Source of the DNA: Rhizobiaceae bacterium
Lineage (GTDB): Bacteria > Pseudomonadota > Alphaproteobacteria > Rhizobiales > Rhizobiaceae
Direction of reading: 5' to 3'
Assembly (NCBI GenBank): GCA_051959695.1
Contig: JBQCFA010000501.1
Coordinates: forward strand, 1-38,819
Length of the DNA: 38,819 bases
Shown here one piece after another: positions 8,795 to 18,569 of the stretch. The notes under the pieces are model-generated. The model was not told where the DNA came from and searched no databases. It saw nothing but the letters and a program-made list of their open reading frames with translations. The position numbers and the translations under genes are program-made. The first letter of the stretch is position 1; every line of letters starts with the position of its first letter.

Positions 8795-10377
8795 TGCGGA
8801 CACTCGTCTGTGCCGTGGATGTCGGTACGACGAGTGCTCGCGCTGCGATCCTCGACGGCAAGGGCGTGCTGCTCGGCCGCGCCGATCGTCCGATCGTGAT
8901 GCGCCGCGACGGGCCGGACATCGCCGAACACGACTCGGAGGACATCTGGCTTTCCGTCTGTCGTGCCGTGCGCGCCGCCCGCGATCAAGCGGGCGCGGAG
9001 CCGGGCCATATCGCGGCGATCGCCTTCGACGCGACTTGCTCGCTGGTGATCCGCGGCCGTGACGGAGGCCAGGCGTCGCTTCATTCTTCCGAAGGCCGGG
9101 CGTGGGATACCATTGCCTGGCTCGATCATCGCGCGCAGGCCGAAGCCGACGAATGCACGGAGACGGACGAGTCCGCGCTTGCCTCGACGGGCGGCGTCAT
9201 GTCGCCGGAGATGCAAATCCCCAAGCTGATGTGGCTGAAGCGCCACCGGCCCGATGTCTGGGAAGGAACGGGCCATCTGTTCGATCTCGCCAACTTTCTC
9301 TCCTGGAAGGCGTCCGGTTCTCCGGACCGCTCCCATTGCACGCTTGCCTGCAAATGGACGTTCCAGTCGGCCGATCGCCCGGGATGGAACCGGGAGTTTC
9401 TCGATCGTGCAGGCCTTGGCGATGTGCTGGCGCGCGGCCGGCTGCCGGAAACGACGCGTCCGGTCGGGGCGGATATCGGCCCGCTGACGGGAGAGGCCGC
9501 GGAAGCGCTCGGTCTGACGACCCTCTGCCGGGTCGGCGTGGGTATGATCGATGCCTTTGCCGGTGCGCTCGGAGTCCTCGGCGGTTTGGCGGCTTCCCCC
9601 ACCGCCCTGCAGGGCAGGGCAGCCCTCGTCGCCGGCACGTCGAGCTGCGTGATGCTGTTCTCTGCAGACCCGGTTCGTTTCGCTGGCGTCTGGGGTCCGT
9701 ATCGCGACGTGGTTCTGCCGGGTCTCTTCGTCAGCGAGGGAGGCCAGTCGGCCACGGGGGGGCTGCTCGACCATATCATCCGCTGGCATGGCGCCGCGGG
9801 CCAACCGGATGCGGCCGCCCATCGCAGGATCGCCGCCAGGATTGCCGAACTGCGCGCGCGAGAAGGCAATGCATTCGCCGCGCGGCTACATGTGCTGCCG
9901 GACTTCCACGGCAACCGCTCGCCCTTCGCCGATCCCCATGCGCTCGGCGTCGTCAGCGGCCTCAGGCTCGACGCTTCCTTCGACAGCCTCTGCCGGCTCT
10001 ATTGGCGTACCGCGGTCGGCATTGCCCTCGGCGTCAGGCAGATCGTCGAGACGATCCAGGCGGTCCAGCACCCGGTGACGAGCCTTCATCTCGCAGGCGG
10101 ACATATGCGTAACCAGATGCTTACACAGCTCTACGCCAACGTAACCGGCCGCGCCGTCGTCGAACCCGCTCACGAGGATGCGGTCCTTCTCGGGACCGGA
10201 ATGGCGGCGGCAGCGGCGGCCGGCCTCTATCCCGACCTTGCCGCCGCCGCCAGGTCCATGCAGCGCTCCGGCCTGGAGCGCCTTCCGGAGCCGGCGGCTT
10301 CCGGACAATTCGATCGCGACTACCGGATTTTCCTCGAGATGCATCGTCAGCGACGTATGCTCGACGCAATGACGTAA
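8794..10377 (+). CDS. FGGY-family carbohydrate (pentulose/D-ribulose-type) kinase
   Basis: 'VDVGTTSARA', 'FDATCSLV', 'WLDHRA', 'MSPEMQIPKLMWLK', 'GTSSC', 'EGGQSATG', 'PDFHGNRSP'. Confidence 0.9.
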   Translation: MRTLVCAVDVGTTSARAAILDGKGVLLGRADRPIVMRRDGPDIAEHDSEDIWLSVCRAVRAARDQAGAEPGHIAAIAFDATCSLVIRGRDGGQASLHSSEGRAWDTIAWLDHRAQAEADECTETDESALASTGGVMSPEMQIPKLMWLKRHRPDVWEGTGHLFDLANFLSWKASGSPDRSHCTLACKWTFQSADRPGWNREFLDRAGLGDVLARGRLPETTRPVGADIGPLTGEAAEALGLTTLCRVGVGMIDAFAGALGVLGGLAASPTALQGRAALVAGTSSCVMLFSADPVRFAGVWGPYRDVVLPGLFVSEGGQSATGGLLDHIIRWHGAAGQPDAAAHRRIAARIAELRAREGNAFAARLHVLPDFHGNRSPFADPHALGVVSGLRLDASFDSLCRLYWRTAVGIALGVRQIVETIQAVQHPVTSLHLAGGHMRNQMLTQLYANVTGRAVVEPAHEDAVLLGTGMAAAAAAGLYPDLAAAARSMQRSGLERLPEPAASGQFDRDYRIFLEMHRQRRMLDAMT

Positions 10378-10385
10378 GTGATAGC

Positions 10386-11546
10386 TTACCGAGCCAGATC
10401 GGCTACCAGCGCGTCCAGCACCAGCATCCCCGACGGCGTCGCCCTGAGCCGCGAATTGCCGACTGGCTCGATCAGCTCTTCGTCGCGAAGGATGGACACG
10501 CGGTCGGACGACAGCGGCCGCCCCGCCAGAGTTTCGTAGCGAGCAATTTCGATGCCTTCGGCAAGCCTGAGACCCATAAGAAGAAACTCGTCCGCCTCCT
10601 CCGACCGCGTCAGGCTTTCGCCGCCGGCGATGCCGTGGCCCTTGGCTTCGACGAGGCTGAGCCAGGTCTCCGGCATCCTCTCGGTGATCGTCACGATGCG
10701 GCGGCCCTTTTCCACGAAACGGCCATGGGCGCCGGGTCCTATGCCGGCATACTCGCCATAGCGCCAGTAGATCAGGTTGTGCCGGCTTTCCGCGCCGGGG
10801 CGGGCGTGGTTGGAGATCTCGTAGGCAGGCATGCCATGCCGCGCGGTGACTGCCTGCGTCACGCGATAGAGTTCGGCCGCATGGTCCGCGTCGGGCACGG
10901 CGATCTTGCCGGTTGCGTGCAGCGCATGGAACGGCGTTCCTTCCTCGATGGTGAGCTGGTAGAGCGAAAGATGGTCGACCGCGTAGCCGATCGCCTGTTC
11001 GAGCTCGGCTTCCCACGCCACGACCGTCTGTCCAGGCCGTGCGTAGATCAGGTCGAAGGACATGCGCGGGAAGATGGCGCGGGCGAGCCCGATCGCCTTC
11101 AGGGCATCATCGACATCATGCAGCCGCCCTAGGAAACGCAAATCCGGATCGTTCAGCGCCTGCACGCCAAGGGAGACGCGGTTGACCCCGGCGGCGCGAT
11201 AGCCGAGGAAGCGCTCCGCTTCGACCGAGGATGGGTTCGCCTCCAGGGTGACCTCGATGTCGCCAGGCACGTGCCAGTTGGCCGCGACCGCGTCGAGGAT
11301 CGCGCCGACCGTCTCCGGCCGCATGAGCGAGGGCGTGCCGCCGCCGAGGAAGATGCTGGAGACGGTGCGCTTGCCGGTGCGCGCGGCCATGGTGGCCATC
11401 TCGCGGGCGAAGGCGGCGGCGAAACGCTTCTGGTCCACCGGCTGGTGGCGCACATGGCTGTTGAAGTCGCAGTAGGGGCATTTGGCCGCGCAGAATGGCC
11501 AGTGGATGTAGACGCCGAAGCCGGGGTCGCCTTCCATGCCGGTCAT
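10386..11546 (-). CDS. hemW: Radical SAM heme chaperone HemW
   Basis: '[18 protein letters not shown]' CxxxCxxC, 'GGGTPS', 'EANP', 'YEISN', 'HNLIYW'; start overlaps the rdgB stop (ATGA). Confidence 0.93.
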   Translation of the reverse strand: MTGMEGDPGFGVYIHWPFCAAKCPYCDFNSHVRHQPVDQKRFAAAFAREMATMAARTGKRTVSSIFLGGGTPSLMRPETVGAILDAVAANWHVPGDIEVTLEANPSSVEAERFLGYRAAGVNRVSLGVQALNDPDLRFLGRLHDVDDALKAIGLARAIFPRMSFDLIYARPGQTVVAWEAELEQAIGYAVDHLSLYQLTIEEGTPFHALHATGKIAVPDADHAAELYRVTQAVTARHGMPAYEISNHARPGAESRHNLIYWRYGEYAGIGPGAHGRFVEKGRRIVTITERMPETWLSLVEAKGHGIAGGESLTRSEEADEFLLMGLRLAEGIEIARYETLAGRPLSSDRVSILRDEELIEPVGNSRLRATPSGMLVLDALVADLAR

Positions 11547-12196
11547 GTCGACTCCAGCATGGCGGTGGCGAAGCGCGCGAAGGCGCGGGCGCGGTGCGAC
11601 AGGCCGAGATCGCCGCGACCGGCCTCCCAGGAATGTTTTTCGCCGGCGCTCATCTCGCCGAAGGTCTGTTCGCGTCCATCGGGTTGGAACACCGGATCGT
11701 AGCCGAAACCTCGGTTTCCGCGCGGCGGCCAGACCAGTGTGCCCTCGACCTCGCCACGGAAATACTCCGCATGGCCGTCGGGCCATGCGAGGCACAGCAC
11801 CGCGACGAAGCGCCCCCCGCGCCTGGAAGGGTCGGTCGCGCCTTTCTGCTGCAGGAGGTCCTCGACCTTCTCCATCGCCATCTGGAAATCGCGGCCCGAA
11901 CCATCGGGCCTTTCGGCCCAGTCGGCGGTATAGACGCCGGGAGCGCCGTCGAGCGCGTCCACCTCCAGGCCGGAATCGTCCGACAATGCCGGCAGGCCGG
12001 TTGCCGAAGAAGCTGCGAACGCCTTGGTGTAGGCATTTTCCTCGAATGTCGTGCCCGTTTCCGGCGGTTCGGGAAGGCCGAGTTCGCCAGCCGACACCGC
12101 CTCCAGTCCGTAGGGCGAAAGAAGCTCGCGGATTTCGGCGAGCTTGCCGGAATTGTGGGTGGCGACAACGATCTTTTTCGAGTCGAGCTGCCGCAT
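11543..12196 (-). CDS. rdgB: dITP/XTP pyrophosphatase (Ham1 family)
   Basis: 'ATHNSGK', 'TFEENA', 'SDDSGL', 'GFGYDPVF', 'SHRARA'. Confidence 0.95.
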   Translation of the reverse strand: MRQLDSKKIVVATHNSGKLAEIRELLSPYGLEAVSAGELGLPEPPETGTTFEENAYTKAFAASSATGLPALSDDSGLEVDALDGAPGVYTADWAERPDGSGRDFQMAMEKVEDLLQQKGATDPSRRGGRFVAVLCLAWPDGHAEYFRGEVEGTLVWPPRGNRGFGYDPVFQPDGREQTFGEMSAGEKHSWEAGRGDLGLSHRARAFARFATAMLEST

Positions 12197-12624
12197 CAGA
12201 TTCCCCAGATCTTAGCTTCCGCGAATTCCAGCGAATTGCCGGCTGGATCGCGGAAATAGATGGAGCGGCCGCCTCCTGAGCTCTTGTCGAAGGCGGGCCA
12301 TTCGAAGTCTGCTTCGACGGCGACGCCCTTGCTTTCGAGATGGCGCCGCCAGGCCTCGATCTCCTCGCCGCTAGCCCGGAAGCAGAGATGACCCTGCCCC
12401 CTAGCCCCGTGCGGCGGCACCGGCAAATTGCTGTCCGCCGGCGGGGGAATCCTGGTGGCATCGGCATTGAAAAGCAGGAGCACGCCTTCGCCGCAGCGGA
12501 AGAAGACATGTCGGCCCTCCGCCTTAGCGATGCGGACCAGCCCGAGAACCTCACTGTAGAAGGTTTCCGCCCTATCGAGATCGTCGACATAAAGGGCGGA
12601 TTCGAGGATGGCGGCGGGTGTCAT
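12196..12624 (-). CDS. VOC/glyoxalase family protein
   Basis: '[10 protein letters not shown]...FY..VLG', 'HLCF', '[14 protein letters not shown]'; lies in the rph-rdgB operon. Confidence 0.88.
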   Translation of the reverse strand: MTPAAILESALYVDDLDRAETFYSEVLGLVRIAKAEGRHVFFRCGEGVLLLFNADATRIPPPADSNLPVPPHGARGQGHLCFRASGEEIEAWRRHLESKGVAVEADFEWPAFDKSSGGGRSIYFRDPAGNSLEFAEAKIWGI

Positions 12625-12634
12625 TGCGTGTCCG

Positions 12635-13351
12635 TCACGCGATCGCCATCTGCTGCAGGCTGACCAACCGCTGGATGCCTTTTCGCGCCAGCCCCATGAG
12701 GTCGCCGAACTGTTCCTCGCTGAAGGGCTCGCCTTCGGCCGTGCCCTGGATCTCGACGATGCCGCCCTTGCCGGTCATGACGAAATTGGCATCGGTGCCG
12801 GCGGACGAATCCTCCTCGTAGTCGAGGTCGAGCACCGGCTGGCCGCCATGGATGCCGCAGGAGATCGCCGCGACGTGGTCCTTGAGGACTTTCTGCACCG
12901 AAACCATCTGGCGCGCCGCCATCCATTGCAGGCAGTCGTTAAGCGCGATCCAGCCGCCGGTGATCGACGCCGTGCGGGTGCCACCATCGGCCTGCAGCAC
13001 GTCGCAATCCACGGTGATCTGTACTTCGCCCAGCGCCTGCAGGTCGACCACCGCGCGCAAGGAGCGGCCGATCAGCCTCTGGATTTCCAGCGTGCGCCCG
13101 CCCTGCTTTCCGGCCGAGGCCTCGCGGCGCATGCGTTCTCCGGTCGAGCGTGGCAACATGCCGTATTCGGCCGTCACCCAGCCGCGACCGGAATTGCGCA
13201 TCCAGCCGGGCACTTTTTCCTCCAGGCTCGCGGTGCACAGTACATGCGTATCGCCGAACTTGACGAGACACGACCCCTCGGCATGCTTGGCTATGCCGCG
13301 TTCGAAGGAAATCGCGCGCATTTCGTCGTTCTGGCGCTTGGATGGACGCAT
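12635..13351 (-). CDS. rph: Ribonuclease PH
   Basis: 'MRPSKR', 'AEGSCLV', '[14 protein letters not shown]', '[11 protein letters not shown]', '[13 protein letters not shown]'. Confidence 0.97.
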   Translation of the reverse strand: MRPSKRQNDEMRAISFERGIAKHAEGSCLVKFGDTHVLCTASLEEKVPGWMRNSGRGWVTAEYGMLPRSTGERMRREASAGKQGGRTLEIQRLIGRSLRAVVDLQALGEVQITVDCDVLQADGGTRTASITGGWIALNDCLQWMAARQMVSVQKVLKDHVAAISCGIHGGQPVLDLDYEEDSSAGTDANFVMTGKGGIVEIQGTAEGEPFSEEQFGDLMGLARKGIQRLVSLQQMAIA

Positions 13352-13491
13352 CGATAGGTGTCTCCGGAAAGGTATCGCGCGGCTTGTAACGCCATGGGCT
13401 AGGCGACGCAAAGGAAAAGGCTTCGGGAGTCCGTTGCGCGGCGGCGCCGTCCTCTTATATTTTGCCTGGTTTCCGGAAGCATTTTGCACCT

Positions 13492-14562
13492 ATGACGAAG
13501 CCGCTGATGGACCAGAACCTGCGATTGCTCGACCCGCGTTCGCGCGACATCTTCCGCGTGATCGTGGACGCCTATCTCCGCGACGGCGAACCGATGGGCT
13601 CGCGCAACCTTTCGCGCATGCTGCCGCAATCGCTGTCGCCGGCGACCGTGCGCAACGTCATGAGCGACCTCGAGCAGCTCGGCCTCATCTACGCGCCGCA
13701 TATCTCCGCCGGCCGGCTGCCGACGCAGAAGGGCCTGCGCTTCTTCGTCGACGCATTCATGGAGATCGGCGATCTTTCCGACGATGAACGGCGTGTCATA
13801 GAGGCCCAGGTCAAGGCATCCGGCACCGGCGCGTCGCTGGAACATGTGCTGACCGAAGCTAGCCAGATGCTTTCCGGCCTGTCGCGCGGCGCCGGCCTGG
13901 TGCTGGCCACCAAGGCGGAGACGCCCCTCAAGCACATCGAGTTCATCCAACTCGAGCCCGAAAAGGCGCTTGCCGTTCTCGTCTCGCAGAATGGCGACGT
14001 CGAGAACCGCGTGATCGACATCCCCGCCGGCGTCACCGCCTCCCAGCTCCACGAAGCGGCGAATTTCCTGAACGCGCATGTACGCGGGCGCACGCTAGTG
14101 GAAGCCCGCGGCGAGATCGAGCGCCTGAAGGAAGAGACGCACACCGCCCTTGACGCGCTTTCGCGCGAGCTGGTCGAAAAAGGCCTGGCCGTGTGGGCTG
14201 GCCGCGAAGGCGACCTGCCGGCGCGGCTGATCGTTCGCGGCCACGGCAACCTTCTCGAAAACGTCACCGCCCAGGCGGATATCGAGCTGTTGCGCCATCT
14301 GTTCGAGGACCTGGAGACCAAGGAAGGGCTGATCCAGCTTCTCGACCTGGCCGAGGAAGGGTCTGGCGTGCGCATTTTCATCGGCTCGGAGAACAGGCTC
14401 TTCTCGCTGTCGGGATCGTCGCTCGTGGTCGCCCCCTATCGCGACAAGGAGCAACGCGTCGTCGGCGCGCTCGGCGTCATCGGGCCGACCAGACTCAACT
14501 ATGCCCGCATCGTGCCGATGGTGGATTATACCGCCCAGCTCATCAGCCGCATGCTGGGCTGA
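13492..14562 (+). CDS. hrcA: Heat-inducible transcription repressor HrcA
   Basis: 'SPATVRNVMSDLE', 'PHISAGRLPT', 'GVIGPTRLNY'; lies between rph and grpE. Confidence 0.96.
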   Translation: MTKPLMDQNLRLLDPRSRDIFRVIVDAYLRDGEPMGSRNLSRMLPQSLSPATVRNVMSDLEQLGLIYAPHISAGRLPTQKGLRFFVDAFMEIGDLSDDERRVIEAQVKASGTGASLEHVLTEASQMLSGLSRGAGLVLATKAETPLKHIEFIQLEPEKALAVLVSQNGDVENRVIDIPAGVTASQLHEAANFLNAHVRGRTLVEARGEIERLKEETHTALDALSRELVEKGLAVWAGREGDLPARLIVRGHGNLLENVTAQADIELLRHLFEDLETKEGLIQLLDLAEEGSGVRIFIGSENRLFSLSGSSLVVAPYRDKEQRVVGALGVIGPTRLNYARIVPMVDYTAQLISRMLG

Positions 14563-14581
14563 TCAGCGTCGGGCTTTACCC

Positions 14582-14610
14582 CTTGATTTTGCTGCTTCGA
14601 ACCTCGATAT
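14582..14610 (+). promoter_or_regulatory. Putative RpoH (sigma32) promoter of grpE
   Basis: CTTGAT-N16-TCGATAT resembles the rhizobial RpoH consensus CTTGAA-N15/16-CCTATAT. Confidence 0.5.
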
Positions 14611-14649
14611 CGGGCGCAACTCGCAGATCTCACGAACGATGGTAGGAAA

Positions 14650-15303
14650 ATGAGCAAAAAGCCCGGAACCGAGGACACGCAGGAGGTCGGGCCCGACATG
14701 GCCGCTGCCGGTGCCGAGGCCTCCTCGAAAGCCAGCGAAGACAGCCCGTATCAGGCCGATCACGAGGCCTTTCTGCGGCTTGCCAAGGAAAACGAGGAAC
14801 TGAAGGATCGCGCGCTGCGCTTGGCTGCGGAGATGGAGAATCTGCGCCGCCGTACCGCCCGCGACGTGCATGACGCGCGCGTTTATGCCATCGCCAACTT
14901 CGCCCGTGACATGCTCAGTGTCTCCGATAATTTGAAGCGTGCGCTGGAGGCGATCCCGGCCGAGGCCAAGGCCTCTGGCGACCCCGGCTTCAAGGCGCTG
15001 ATCGAAGGCGTGGAGATGACCGAGCGAGGAATGCTGAGCGCGCTCGAGCGTCATGGCGTGAAGAAGCTGGAGCCGCAGGGCGAGAAGTTCGACCCGAATT
15101 TCCATCAGGCGATGTTCGAGGTTCCCGATCCGAGCGTGCCGGCCAACACCATCGTCCAGGTGGTCCAGACCGGCTACGTGATCGGCGACCGCGTGCTGCG
15201 GCCGGCGATGGTCGGCGTATCAAGGGGCGGACCCAAGCAGGCAGCGCCCGAACCGTCGGCCGAGCCCGGCCCGCCCGACGCGAGGGCCGAAAAGGACGCC
15301 TGA
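14650..15303 (+). CDS. grpE: Nucleotide exchange factor GrpE
   Basis: '[14 protein letters not shown]', 'FDPNFHQAM', '[16 protein letters not shown]'. Confidence 0.96.
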   Translation: MSKKPGTEDTQEVGPDMAAAGAEASSKASEDSPYQADHEAFLRLAKENEELKDRALRLAAEMENLRRRTARDVHDARVYAIANFARDMLSVSDNLKRALEAIPAEAKASGDPGFKALIEGVEMTERGMLSALERHGVKKLEPQGEKFDPNFHQAMFEVPDPSVPANTIVQVVQTGYVIGDRVLRPAMVGVSRGGPKQAAPEPSAEPGPPDARAEKDA

Positions 15304-15378
15304 GGCAACGAGCCGGCCTATCGGGCAAGCGCTTCCGCCCCATGCAGCCTTCCGTTATTGAAGGGCCGAGGGGCCTTC

Positions 15379-16014
15379 ATGAACTCGATTCTCCTGCTCG
15401 ACTATGCCGGCGTCGCGGTCTTTGCGGCCACTGGCGCGCTTGCAGCCTCGCGCAAGCAGCTCGACATCATCGGCTTCCTGTTCCTCGCGGCCGTCACCGG
15501 CACCGGCGGCGGCACGCTGCGCGACGTCCTGCTCGGCCGTCTGCCCGTCTTCTGGGTCGCGAATCCGGCCTATATGCTGGTATGCGCCGTAGTCGGCGTT
15601 ATCGTCTTCTTCTCCGCGCATCTGGTGGAATCGCGCTACAGATTGCTCCTCTGGCTCGACGCCGTGGGCTTGGCTTCCTACGCGGCGATGGGCGCCGCGA
15701 AGGGCCTCGCCGCGACCGGGTCCCCGGTCATCGCCGTGATCATGGGCGTGCTGACCGCGACCTTCGGCGGCATATTGCGTGATCTCCTGGCCGGTGAGCC
15801 CTCGGTGCTGCTGCGGCCGGAGATATACGTCACCGCCGCACTGGCCGGCGCGGTCGTTTTCACGCTCGTCACCCTTTCAGGAGCATCGACGCTTGTCGCC
15901 GCCGCTCTCTCGTTTGCCGCTGCCTTCCTCGTGCGTGGCGGCTCGTTGCGCTACGGCTGGACTTTTCCGGCCTATCGCTCCCGGCCCGGGCGCAGCCCCG
16001 AAGATATACCCTGA
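15379..16014 (+). CDS. Trimeric intracellular cation channel (UPF0126/YadS) family membrane protein
   Basis: Two repeats with 'GGGTLRDVLLG' and 'FGGILRDLLAG'; 'FAATGAL', 'LDAVGL', 'EIY'. Confidence 0.9.
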   Translation: MNSILLLDYAGVAVFAATGALAASRKQLDIIGFLFLAAVTGTGGGTLRDVLLGRLPVFWVANPAYMLVCAVVGVIVFFSAHLVESRYRLLLWLDAVGLASYAAMGAAKGLAATGSPVIAVIMGVLTATFGGILRDLLAGEPSVLLRPEIYVTAALAGAVVFTLVTLSGASTLVAAALSFAAAFLVRGGSLRYGWTFPAYRSRPGRSPEDIP

Positions 16015-16102
16015 AATCGCCACATCTGCGGGCTAGTCGGCGCATGCTGTGACATCGATGCCACAGGGCGCGGTGGGCGTTCGAAGGCGGCCGAGAAAAT
16101 CG

Positions 16103-16127
16103 GGAACGTTCCCAATGGCCGCCTGTT
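16103..16127 (+). promoter_or_regulatory. Putative EcfG/RpoE2 (general stress sigma) promoter of the omp gene
   Basis: GGAAC-N16-TGTT (equivalent to GGAAC-N18-TT); the -35 lies within the perfect palindrome GGGAACGTTCCC (16102-16113). Confidence 0.5.
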
Positions 16128-16188
16128 TCGTGCTTATCGCTCGGCCGGACCCAAGACGGCGCGGGCAGGGAATGAAGGAGTAACGCAG

Positions 16189-16767
16189 ATGAAAAAGATT
16201 CTTTACGCCGCCGTCGCCACGCTTGCGATTTCCGCCGCCGCTACGGCCGCGCGCGCCGCCGATGTCGTCACCGAGGCGCCGCCGGCTCCCCCCGCGCCGG
16301 TCGTCACCCCGGTCTTCTCCTGGACCGGCGTCTATCTCGGCGCCAATCTCGGCTACGGCTGGGCGAACAGCAATGTCGGGGGCGACGACAACGGCTTCGT
16401 CGGCGGCGGCCAGCTCGGCTACAACTATGAATTCGGCAACCACCTCGTGCTCGGCATCGAGGGCGATATGGACGCCACCGGCATGGAGTTCGGCGGCAAC
16501 GATGTCGATTATACCATCACCGGCCGTGGCCGCCTCGGCTATGCGTTCGACCGCTGGATGGTCTACGGCACCGGCGGCGTAGCCTACGCCAAGGCCGGAG
16601 GCTTCAACGACACCGGCTGGGTCGCCGGCGGCGGCGTCGAATGGGCCGCGACCGACCACATCATGCCGGGCATCGAATACCTCCATTACGGGTTCCACGA
16701 TTTCGACAACACGGGCGTCAATGCCGACGCCGACGTGATCCGGGCCCGTATCGATTTCAAGTTCTGA
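16189..16767 (+). CDS. Omp25/Omp31/RopB-family outer membrane beta-barrel protein
   Basis: Signal peptide ending ARA-AD, Pro-rich linker, 'FSWTGVYLG', 'GGQLGYNY', 'RGRLGYAFDR', C-terminal Phe; RBS AAGGAG. Confidence 0.9.
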   Translation: MKKILYAAVATLAISAAATAARAADVVTEAPPAPPAPVVTPVFSWTGVYLGANLGYGWANSNVGGDDNGFVGGGQLGYNYEFGNHLVLGIEGDMDATGMEFGGNDVDYTITGRGRLGYAFDRWMVYGTGGVAYAKAGGFNDTGWVAGGGVEWAATDHIMPGIEYLHYGFHDFDNTGVNADADVIRARIDFKF

Positions 16768-16788
16768 CCGGACGGCCTTCCAAGAAGG

Positions 16789-16816
16789 AAAGGCGCGCCC
16801 TCGCGGCGCGCCTTTT
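16789..16816. terminator. Bidirectional intrinsic terminator between convergent genes
   Basis: AAAGGCGCGCC-ctcgc-GGCGCGCCTTT(T). Confidence 0.8.
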
Positions 16817-16849
16817 CCATGCCTGAAAAGAGGCCGGAGCGACGATAGT

Positions 16850-17377
16850 TCAGGCGGAAGGTTTAGTGCTTTTCCTGGCGCTGGTCTTGCGGCGGCTCGG
16901 CTTTTTGGCCGCAGCAGCTTTCTTCTGCGTCCTGGCTTTCTTTGGCGAAGCTTTTTTCGCCCCCATGGCCATTTCCGCGACTTTGCTCCTCAATTCCTTC
17001 TCGTCGTCCACGTCGCGGCCATGCTCCCTTGCCGCATTCTCGCAGCGCTCGCGGAACGCAGCCACTTCCTCCTCGGTTAGATGCTCGATACCGATAAAGG
17101 TGTTTTCGCTGGTGCTGGCGCGGATCAGCTCGTCAAGCTTGGCCTGGACGGCTGCGCCGTCTCGGTTCTGCGTATTCTGGATGAGGAATACCATCAGGAA
17201 GGTGATGATCGTCGTGCCGGTGTTGATGATCAGCTGCCACGTGTCGGAAAAGCCGAACACTGGCCCGCTTACCGCCCAGACGACCACGATCAGGCAACAC
17301 AACAGAAATGTGGCCGGCATTCCTGCCGCGTGAGCCACGGCGTTGGCGGCCGTGGAGAAAAGCCTGTTGAATTTCAT
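16850..17377 (-). CDS. Low-affinity iron permease (Fet4-like) family membrane protein with a Lys-rich tail
   Basis: 'FSDTWQLIINTGTTIITFLMVFLIQNTQNRD..AVQAKLDELI' is the family signature. Confidence 0.9.
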   Translation of the reverse strand: MKFNRLFSTAANAVAHAAGMPATFLLCCLIVVVWAVSGPVFGFSDTWQLIINTGTTIITFLMVFLIQNTQNRDGAAVQAKLDELIRASTSENTFIGIEHLTEEEVAAFRERCENAAREHGRDVDDEKELRSKVAEMAMGAKKASPKKARTQKKAAAAKKPSRRKTSARKSTKPSA

Positions 17378-17404
17378 CTTCCGCCCCTCGGAATAGCCGC
17401 TGTT

Positions 17405-18424
17405 TCACGCCTTGCGCGTGGCGCCCTCCAAATGCTTTAGCAGCCCTGACTGTTCCGCCACTTCGCGCAGATTTTCGCGTGGCCGCGGACCGATCTGCTG
17501 GATGACCAGGCCGGCCGCGAGCGAGCCGAGCCTGCCGCAGGCCGCGTGATCAAGTCCGGTAGTATAGCCGTAGAGGAACCCGGAGGCGTAGAGATCGCCG
17601 GCGCCGGTCGTATCGACGACCTTGTCCACCTTGATCGCGTCGACGCTGACGGTGCGGTCGCCGGAGATGATGATCGAACCGGCGGCCGAGCGGGTAACGG
17701 CTGCAAGCTTGCAGTCCTTCCGGATCGCCTCCAGCGCCGTCTCGAAGGAAGGCGTCTGGTAGAGCGAAATGAGCTCGTGCTGGTTGGCGAAGACGATATC
17801 CACCGTGCCGGTGCGCATGAGGTCGAGGAATTCCTCCCGATAGCGGTCGACGCAGAACGGGTCGGAAAGGGTCATCGCCACTTCGCCCCCGGCTTCATGG
17901 GTTAGCTTTGCCGCCAGCCGGATAGCCTCCTTGGCGCGTGGCGGATCCCAGAGGTAGCCCTCGAAATAGGTTACCTTCGCGTCCGTCTTGGCCGGCTCGA
18001 CGTCCTCCGGCCCCAGCTCGACGCAGGCGCCGAGATAGGTGTTCATCGATCGCTCGCCATCCGGCGTGACGAAGATCATCGACCGCGCCGTGGGCGGCGG
18101 TCCCGCCAGGGGCCTGCTATCGAAATCGACCCCGTGCGCGCGGATGTCGTGCGTATAGAGTTCGCCGAGCTTGTCGGAGGTGACCTTGCCGAAAAAGGCG
18201 GCGCGGCCGCCGAAGCTGGCGACGCCAGCCGCCGTGTTGCCCGCGCTGCCGCCCGAAGCTTCCGTGGCCGGCCCCATGCGCGAATAGAGAAGTTGCGCGC
18301 GCTCGGTGTCGATCAGGTTCATCGCGCCCTTGATGATTCCGTTACCGACGATGAAATCGTCGTCGGCGGAAGCGATGATGTCGACGATCGCGTTGCCGAT
18401 GCATAGAACGTCATAGGCGGGCAT
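17405..18424 (-). CDS. Adenosine kinase-like PfkB carbohydrate kinase
   Basis: 'GNAIVD', 'SGGSAGNT', 'GERSMNTYLGA', 'YFEGYLWD', 'DTTGAGDLYA'. Confidence 0.9.
   Translation of the reverse strand: MPAYDVLCIGNAIVDIIASADDDFIVGNGIIKGAMNLIDTERAQLLYSRMGPATEASGGSAGNTAAGVASFGGRAAFFGKVTSDKLGELYTHDIRAHGVDFDSRPLAGPPPTARSMIFVTPDGERSMNTYLGACVELGPEDVEPAKTDAKVTYFEGYLWDPPRAKEAIRLAAKLTHEAGGEVAMTLSDPFCVDRYREEFLDLMRTGTVDIVFANQHELISLYQTPSFETALEAIRKDCKLAAVTRSAAGSIIISGDRTVSVDAIKVDKVVDTTGAGDLYASGFLYGYTTGLDHAACGRLGSLAAGLVIQQIGPRPRENLREVAEQSGLLKHLEGATRKA
17431..17456 (-). promoter_or_regulatory. Putative EcfG/RpoE2 promoter for the iron-permease-family gene, inside the 3' end of the kinase gene
   Basis: Minus strand reads GGAAC-N17-CATT, about 54 nt upstream of ATG 17377. 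Confidence 0.5.
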
Positions 18425-18569
18425 GGGTTACTCCGGGCGGACGAAGATGTGGGTGGAGAGGGTGTAGCCGCAAACCGCGCATTTTCAAGCCTGCACCGCC
18501 GCTTCGGCTTGTGACCGGCCGCCGCCGCCCCTATTTCGAGGCCTGCATCTCGCCGACCGGGACTGACGA

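Noticed and set aside
10386-12590. 734-aa ORF that looks like an N-terminally extended HemW
   Set aside because: The extra 348 codons run out of frame over rdgB and the VOC gene and are Arg/Pro/Gly-rich nonsense. HemW motifs begin at ATG 11546, which is coupled to the rdgB stop.
13352-14649. CIRCE operator near hrcA or grpE
   Set aside because: I found no TTAGCACTC-N9-GAGTGCTAA inverted repeat, only RpoH-like motifs.
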